Shown here one piece after another: positions 59,233 through 64,000 of a stretch of 64,000 bases of DNA. Under the pieces are notes generated by a model. It had not been told where the DNA came from. It saw only the letters and a list, made by a program, of their open reading frames with translations, and did not search any database. This stretch comes from Vicinamibacterales bacterium (GTDB lineage Bacteria; Acidobacteriota; Vicinamibacteria; Vicinamibacterales; UBA8438), in the NCBI GenBank assembly GCA_036012905.1, contig DASCQF010000109.1, forward strand, positions 55,757 to 119,756, written 5' to 3'. The position numbers and the translations under genes were made by a program. The first letter of the stretch is position 1, and each line of letters begins with the position of its first letter.

Positions 59233-60197
59233 CCGCCACACTGCCATCCGCGCTCGTGCTCGCCGCCGGACTAGGCACCCGGCTCCGCCCGCTGACATTC
59301 TGCCGCGCGAAGGCGGCTGTGCCGGTCGCCGGCACCCCGCTGATTCGCCGGCACCTGGCCCGCCTGGCCGCGCAGGGTGTGCGCGATATCGTGGTGAATT
59401 TGCATCACCGGCCGGACACGATCGCGGCGCTGGTCGGCGACGGCGCCACGCTGGGCTGTCGTGTCCGCTACTCCTGGGAGCCCGTGCTGCTCGGGTCGGC
59501 GGGCGGGCCGCGACACGCCTTGACGCTGCTCGACAACCAGTTCTTTCTCGTCAACGGCGACACGCTCTGCGACGTTGACCTGGCGGCCCTGCTTGGCGCC
59601 CATCTCGCGCGACGGGCCCGTGTGACCCTTGTCGTGACATCGAACCCGGATCCGCAGCGATACGGTGGCATCATCTCGGACGCGAACGGATGGGTGACCG
59701 GGTTCACCCGGGCCGGTGACGCTCGCGACGCGGCACACTTCGTCGGGGTCCAGATCGTCGACGCCTCGGTGTTCGAGCCTCTGCCGGACGGCGTCCCGAC
59801 CGCGTCGATCGGCGGACTCTATGACACGCTGCTGGCCAAGCCGGAGCAAGTGGCGGCGCATAACGTCGACGGCCGTTTTCACGACATCGGGACCCCTGCC
59901 GACTACCTTGACACCACGCGGGCCGTCGACGCTGCCGAAGGGCAACCGAGCGTGTCGTTCGGTCTCCGGAGCGTCGCGCACCCGTCGGCGCAGCTCGAGC
60001 GATCGGTGCTCTGGGACGATGTGACCATCGAGGCCGGGTGTGTGGTGACCGACAGCATCATCACCGACGGTGTCCGTCTGGTCGAAGGAACCACACTCAA
60101 CAGGCAAGCGGTCGTCCTGGCCCCGGCGTCACTGGAGGAAGCCACGGCGCTGCCCGGAGCCATCCGCATTGGTGAGCTGCTGGCGGTGCCGATCTAG
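59229..60197 (+). CDS. Sugar-1-phosphate nucleotidyltransferase (MurU-like)
   Basis: LAAGLGTRLRPLT..K, LGSAGG, NGD and DIGTP. GTG at 59229. Confidence 0.88.
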   Translation: MTATLPSALVLAAGLGTRLRPLTFCRAKAAVPVAGTPLIRRHLARLAAQGVRDIVVNLHHRPDTIAALVGDGATLGCRVRYSWEPVLLGSAGGPRHALTLLDNQFFLVNGDTLCDVDLAALLGAHLARRARVTLVVTSNPDPQRYGGIISDANGWVTGFTRAGDARDAAHFVGVQIVDASVFEPLPDGVPTASIGGLYDTLLAKPEQVAAHNVDGRFHDIGTPADYLDTTRAVDAAEGQPSVSFGLRSVAHPSAQLERSVLWDDVTIEAGCVVTDSIITDGVRLVEGTTLNRQAVVLAPASLEEATALPGAIRIGELLAVPI

Positions 60198-60198
60198 G

Positions 60199-61191
60199 AT
60201 GCTCGTGGAAGACCGCGTGTCGGCGTATCTCCGACGACGGAGTTTGGATCCGCGCACCACCGGTGTAGACCGGCTCCACGGGGATGCCTCGAATCGCTGC
60301 TACCTCCGCCTCACCCCACCCGATCGTGCATCCGTCATCCTCGCCGTCCATCCCGGTCCGTTCGCCACCGACGACTTGCCACAGATCGCGGTCGGCGCCT
60401 TGTTTTCTCGGCTGGCCATACCGGTTCCGGCGGTGATCGACCAGGCTGGCGATCTCGGCATCCTGGCCCTCGAGGACCTTGGTGATCAGACGCTGCAGGA
60501 CTGGATGACCGCGCCCGATCGTGACCCCACCGCCCTCTATCGCGAGGCGGTCGGTCTCATCGCCAGACTGCAACGTGAGGGCGACAGCCTCCGCGACGAG
60601 CAGACCCTCCCCTTCACACTGGCGTTCGACGTCAGCAAGCTGAGCCGGGAGCTGGAGTTCTTCCGGTCAGAGTTCCTGCAGGCGTATCGGCGGGTCGACC
60701 TGGACCACAAGGAAGCCATTGCGCTGGCTGAGGAATTCTCTACGTTGGCCAAAGAACTGGCGGCCGAGCCACGCGTGCTCTGCCACCGCGACTATCACAG
60801 CCGCAATCTCATGGTCCATCGGGGACGGCTGGTCGTGATCGATTTCCAAGATGCCCGCATGGGACCGGACACCTATGACCTGGTCTCGCTGCTGCGCGAC
60901 TGCTACGTCGACCTCTCGCCAGATCTGGTGACGGGGATGACAGAATACTTTCTGGAGACGGTGCCGACCGCGCACACCGCTGATTTCAGCCGACGGTTCG
61001 ACCTGATGTCTGTACAACGTCACCTGAAGGCGCTCGGAACGTTCGGTCATCAGATCGCCGTCACCGACCGGCCCGGCTTCGCCGCCTACATCCCGCGCAC
61101 GCTCGGACATCTGCGCCGAACCCTGCGCGCGTATCCCCGATTTGGACGGCTGCTCGATCTGCTCGCGCCGCACATGCCCGAGCTGGCCTGA
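60199..61191 (+). CDS. Aminoglycoside-phosphotransferase-fold sugar kinase (AmgK-like)
   Basis: GDASNRCY, EDLGD, HRDYHSRNLM, IDFQDA..GP..YDLVSLL and QRHLKALG. Confidence 0.88.
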   Translation: MLVEDRVSAYLRRRSLDPRTTGVDRLHGDASNRCYLRLTPPDRASVILAVHPGPFATDDLPQIAVGALFSRLAIPVPAVIDQAGDLGILALEDLGDQTLQDWMTAPDRDPTALYREAVGLIARLQREGDSLRDEQTLPFTLAFDVSKLSRELEFFRSEFLQAYRRVDLDHKEAIALAEEFSTLAKELAAEPRVLCHRDYHSRNLMVHRGRLVVIDFQDARMGPDTYDLVSLLRDCYVDLSPDLVTGMTEYFLETVPTAHTADFSRRFDLMSVQRHLKALGTFGHQIAVTDRPGFAAYIPRTLGHLRRTLRAYPRFGRLLDLLAPHMPELA

Positions 61192-61295
61192 CAGGGTCGA
61201 TTTTCGGCGCGGCTTGGCCAGGGCTGTGTGGACGACACGAACTTCGGCGACAATAAGCCCAAGGACGCTCGCACCTACCCTATTCACGCTGACCG

Positions 61296-62132
61296 ATGCG
61301 CTTCGGAATCTCCACACACCTGTTCCACGGCGAGCGGCTCGACCGCGACCATTTGGTCGAAGTCGCGGCGCACGGGTTCGACGCGATCGAGCTGTTCGCC
61401 ACGCGCAGTCATTTCGATTATCACGACGAGGCCGCGATTGACTCCCTCGCCGAGTGGTTGGCTGACACGCGGTTGCGGCTACATGCCATCCACGCACCAA
61501 CCACCGAAAGCTACGTCGACGGCACCTGGGGACCGCCGTTCTCCACGGCGTGGAGTGTGGCAGAGGGTCGCACACGCGCCATCGAGGAAGCCGCGGTGGC
61601 GCTGAACATCGCACGTCGGGTTGAGACCGGTTTCCTGGTCGTGCACCTGGGCACACCAAAGAGCTACGCACCAGACCGCGACAACGACCCGAGGGCGGCA
61701 GCACGAAGCGTGACCGAGTTGCACGCTCTGACCAGTCCCTTGGGTCTGCAGCTCGCGCTCGAAGTGATTCCAAACGCGCTGTCGACGGCGACGGCACTCG
61801 TCGACCTGCTGGACAAGGAGGCAGACCGGGCGGGACACGGCGTCTGTCTGGACGTCGGGCACGCATTTCTCGCCGGCGACGTGACCGAGGAGATCGAGAC
61901 CGCCTCCGGCTATTTGGTCACGACGCACCTTCATGACAATCTCGGTGTCACCGACCAACATCTGGTTCCCTTCGAGGGCGGCGTCGACTGGCCGGCAGCG
62001 ATGATGACGATGCAGAAAGTTGGCTATGACGGCATGTTGATGTTAGAGGTGGCCGGCGGCGCCGACTGGCGCGACGTCCTCAAACGCGCGGCCCGCGCCA
62101 GGACGAAGCTGGAACGTCTATGCGAAGGATAG
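61296..62132 (+). CDS. Sugar phosphate isomerase/epimerase (xylose-isomerase-like TIM barrel)
   Basis: IHAP, VVH, LE, CLDVGH, HLHDN..DQH..G. Confidence 0.85.
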   Translation: MRFGISTHLFHGERLDRDHLVEVAAHGFDAIELFATRSHFDYHDEAAIDSLAEWLADTRLRLHAIHAPTTESYVDGTWGPPFSTAWSVAEGRTRAIEEAAVALNIARRVETGFLVVHLGTPKSYAPDRDNDPRAAARSVTELHALTSPLGLQLALEVIPNALSTATALVDLLDKEADRAGHGVCLDVGHAFLAGDVTEEIETASGYLVTTHLHDNLGVTDQHLVPFEGGVDWPAAMMTMQKVGYDGMLMLEVAGGADWRDVLKRAARARTKLERLCEG

Positions 62133-62136
62133 CGTG

Positions 62137-63426
62137 ATGGCCCACATCGAAGAGATCGCGAACCACGAAGGCCGGTCCGTGACGTTGCGGGGCTGGCTTC
62201 ACAAGCGGCGTTCGAGCGGTAAGATTCACTTCCTCACTGTGCGAGACGGCACTGGGTTCATCCAGGCGGTGATGTCGAAAGCGGCGGTCGGCGAGGAGCT
62301 GTTCCTGCAGGCGGGACACCTCGGCCAGGAGACCGCCATCGTCGTTCAGGGCAAGGTGCGAGCCGACGCTCGAGCGCCGGGTGGCTACGAGCTCGATGTC
62401 AGCGAGATGAGCGTCGCCGGAGAGACACGCGACTACCCGATCACGCCAAAGGAACATGGCGTCGACTTTCTGCTGGACCGGCGGCATTTGTGGATCCGAT
62501 CCGAGCGACAGCACGCGATTCTGCGGATCCGTCACACGGTCATCCACGCGGTTCGGGACTTCTTGAACAACCAGGGGTTCACGCTGGCGGACACGCCGAT
62601 TTTCACACCGGCTGCGTGCGAGGGCACGACGACACTGTTTCAGGTCCCGTATTTCGATCACGCTACCGCCTTCCTCACACAGAGCGGTCAGCTTTACAAC
62701 GAAGCCAACGCAATGGCGCTCGGGCGAGTCTATAGCTTTGGTCCGACCTTCCGAGCCGAGAGATCCAAGACCCGCCGTCACCTGACCGAGTTCTGGATGG
62801 TCGAGCCAGAGATGGCCTACGCAACGCTCGACGACGCGATCGACCTGGCCGAGTCGCTGATTACGGCGGTGGTAGCGCGGGCGCTCGAGACCCGCGGCCG
62901 TGAGCTCGAGACGCTCGAACGCGAGCGGGGATCGCTCGAGGCCATTCGCGCGCCGTTTCCCCGCATCACCTACGACGAGGCGGTCCGCATGCTTCAAGAC
63001 CACGGCCGCCCCATCGAGTACGGCGATGACTTCGGCGGCCCCGACGAAACGTTCCTCGCCGAACAGTTTGACCGGCCAGTAGCGGTGCACCACTACCCCT
63101 CAGCGACCAAGGCGTTCTACATGAAGCCGGATCCAGAGCGCCCGGAGCTCTCGTTGTCGGTGGACATCCTGGCGCCCGAGGGCTACGGCGAAATCGTGGG
63201 CGGGGGCCAGCGGCTCGACGACCTCGACCTTCTCCTCCGGCGGATCACCGAACACGGCCTGCCACAGGAGGCATTCGAGTGGTATCTCGACCTGCGTCGG
63301 TACGGCAACGTACCGCATTCCGGGTTTGGGATGGGCATTGAACGCCTGGTGGCCTGGATCTGCGGCCTCGAGCACGTCCGAGAGACCATTCCATACCCCA
63401 GGATGCTGTACCGATTGACGCCCTAG
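62137..63426 (+). CDS. asnS: Asparagine--tRNA ligase
   Basis: OB-fold, [29 protein letters not shown] and [11 protein letters not shown]. Confidence 0.95.
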   Translation: MAHIEEIANHEGRSVTLRGWLHKRRSSGKIHFLTVRDGTGFIQAVMSKAAVGEELFLQAGHLGQETAIVVQGKVRADARAPGGYELDVSEMSVAGETRDYPITPKEHGVDFLLDRRHLWIRSERQHAILRIRHTVIHAVRDFLNNQGFTLADTPIFTPAACEGTTTLFQVPYFDHATAFLTQSGQLYNEANAMALGRVYSFGPTFRAERSKTRRHLTEFWMVEPEMAYATLDDAIDLAESLITAVVARALETRGRELETLERERGSLEAIRAPFPRITYDEAVRMLQDHGRPIEYGDDFGGPDETFLAEQFDRPVAVHHYPSATKAFYMKPDPERPELSLSVDILAPEGYGEIVGGGQRLDDLDLLLRRITEHGLPQEAFEWYLDLRRYGNVPHSGFGMGIERLVAWICGLEHVRETIPYPRMLYRLTP

Positions 63427-63581
63427 CAGTCCGGTTCGGGCTTCCGACAGACGCCAAAGGGGGCGCTCCCGACATGCTCCGCCTGGACCGGCGGCCGTGA
63501 CGTCGGGCATGCCTGCGGCCTCTGTTCCAAGGCCCCGGCTCCCGTGCTATAGTTGTAAGGTTACGTTCGCGGTGATGGACG

Positions 63582-63613
63582 AGAGTGGGCGTTTTGGCCC
63601 GCTTTTTGTTTTT
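63582..63613 (+). promoter_or_regulatory. rimP leader terminator/attenuator hairpin
   Basis: agagtgggc-gttttg-gcccgcttt followed by a T-run, between an extended -10 (TGcTATAGT, 63545-63553) and the rimP start. Confidence 0.7.
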
Positions 63614-63629
63614 CGGGCAGACCCTCGCT

Positions 63630-64000
63630 GTGACCGAGTCGCGAAAAGATCGTCTCGGCGAAGTGCGATCAATTGCCGATCGGGTCGCACGCAGCCAGGG
63701 GCTCGAGCTCTTCGACCTGCAGTTCCGCCGCGAGTCCATCGGCTGGGTGCTGCGGATTGTCATCGACCGCCCGGCGGTGCCGGCGAGGCCAGACACCGAC
63801 GGGCAGGGCGAGGACGTGACGGTAGGCGACTGCGCGAAGCTCAGCGTTGACGTGAGTGCGGTCCTCGATGCGGAAGTGACCTTCGACCACACCTACACGC
63901 TGGAGGTGTCGTCGCCCGGACTCGACCGCCCGTTGCGCCATCTGGCTGATTTCGAGCGGTTTGTTGGACGGCGAGTCAAGATTGTCACGTCGGAGCCAAT
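63630..64000 (+). CDS. rimP: Ribosome maturation factor RimP (truncated by window end)
   Basis: Hand translation gives GLELFDLQF..WVLRIVIDRP..VGDCAKLS..YTLEVSSPGLDRPL. Confidence 0.92.
   Translation, partial: MTESRKDRLGEVRSIADRVARSQGLELFDLQFRRESIGWVLRIVIDRPAVPARPDTDGQGEDVTVGDCAKLSVDVSAVLDAEVTFDHTYTLEVSSPGLDRPLRHLADFERFVGRRVKIVTSEP

Noticed and set aside
59229..61191. AmgK-like kinase as an aminoglycoside resistance gene
   Set aside because: Its motifs and pairing with a MurU-like nucleotidyltransferase fit peptidoglycan sugar recycling, a known system.

Overview
High-GC bacterial chromosomal window. Gene content and order suggest Acidobacteriota, Vicinamibacteria-like (inference). The left ~29 kb is an accessory bioenergetic region. 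It holds two paralogous secreted ~720-aa monoheme (CxxCH), His-rich, probable beta-propeller proteins of unknown function. One is divergent from a six-gene alternative complex III (actABCDEF) whose ActB keeps an N-terminal FS0 Cys motif. The other lies upstream of a YncD/PqqU-like TonB-dependent receptor and a MoxR-DUF58-X-vWA-X-vWA cassette in the order of the methanol-dehydrogenase maturation genes mxaRSACKL, but no methanol dehydrogenase is present. Short-chain hydroxy/oxo-acid catabolism genes flank this block (3-hydroxyacid dehydrogenase, scoAB, mmsA, atoE). The right ~35 kb is mostly housekeeping: pepF, acnA, nfo, amrA/amrB, gatCA, rpoZ-like, hsp20, ymdB, xseAB, ispA, tlyA, nadK, glgP, degP, murU/amgK-like, asnS and rimP. 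Intergenic DNA carries at least three dispersed repeat/MITE families, heptamer tandem repeats, a DUF1684 pseudogene and several leaderless-type promoters. No rRNA, tRNA, CRISPR array or transposase was seen. All calls are by-eye motif recognition; no database searches were run.
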